Shown: in pieces, positions 63,227-64,000 of the stretch
Layout: each line of letters starts with the position of its first letter
Position numbering within the stretch: position 1 is the first letter of the stretch
From: Octopus bimaculoides
Taxonomy: Eukaryota
Length of the DNA stretch: 64,000 nucleotides
Direction of reading: 5' to 3'
NCBI RefSeq assembly: GCF_001194135.2
Contig: NC_069007.1
Coordinates: 3,540,299 to 3,604,298, forward strand
Translations under genes and position numbers: made by a program
Notes under the pieces: model-generated
Told to the model about the DNA's origin: nothing
Database searches by the model: none
What the model saw: the letters and a program-made list of their open reading frames with translations, nothing else

Positions 63227-64000
63227 TTTTATTCTGCAAGAAGACACATTTCACCCAACCAAATTTATTTTCTTTTTTTAAATTGGGACATTCAATGGTT
63301 TTCTTTCTTATTCCTTTTCACACCCACATGCAGCAGTATATCATTTGTGTGTGTGTGTGTGAGGTTTGGATATAAATATGCGTGTGAGAGTATGTATGTT
63401 TGTGTACATACATATATATATATATANNNNNNNNNNNNNNNNNNNNNNNNNNNNNNNNNNNNNNNNNNNNNNNNNNNNNNNNNNNNNNNNNNNNNNNNNN
63501 NNNNNNNNNNNNNNNNNNNNNNNNNNTGTTGTGAATGCTACACCTTAAGGATTTCAAAATATGACTGGAATCTGACTGTGGATAGCCTAAAGCTTGGCTT
63601 TTGTGCTGTATTGGAAACACCTCATACATATATGAGCCTGGTGCAGCCTTCTGGTTCGCCAGTCCTCAGTTAAACGATCCAACCCATGCCAGCATAGAAA
63701 GCAGACGTTAAACAACAATGATGATGATGATGATACAGTTGAAATTTATAGGAAAACAACAGACAAAGACAGGTGTATGATCAACAAGCAAGTTATATTT
63801 GTTTGATGCTTGGCAAAAATGAGCCAACACTCTTCAACAGGAAAGAATGGAGAGCAGGGTATTAAGTAGTACCAGCATTGCTAGAAATAAGACTCTTATT
63901 TCAAGCAATGCTGGTACCATTTTGTACCTTCTGTCACTCTAGTGACATCTATAAATTTGCCTTTAGGCTGCTAAATTACTTATAAGCCACCCATATTATT

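Overview
AT-rich, gap-containing eukaryotic genomic DNA. The repeat content (tRNA-derived SINEs, RTE-type tails, abundant microsatellites) points to an Octopus genome; this is an inference, not a database result. I reconstructed five spliced genes by hand from GT-AG boundaries with continuous reading frame. In order: an unidentified low-complexity gene (+, about 3.5-13.4 kb), PSMB1 (-, last exon not visible and probably in an N gap), LSM2 (+), TBL3/UTP13 (-, 22 coding exons, one mostly in an N gap) and DUS1L (+). PSMB1/LSM2 and TBL3/DUS1L are head-to-head pairs. Nearly all entries in the supplied ORF track are microsatellite or repeat artefacts, or partial exons. Introns are full of SINEs, mariner- and piggyBac-like MITEs, RLE non-LTR fragments and palindromes. 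The most notable observation is three separate repeat families carrying minimal type I hammerhead-ribozyme folds. One is an intact canonical hammerhead inside a Penelope-like inverted/direct-repeat element in a DUS1L intron. One sits in the body of a tRNA-headed SINE in a TBL3 intron. One is a multi-copy family with a variant core. There is also a GAUC-rich, 7SK-like structured segment in PSMB1 intron 1.
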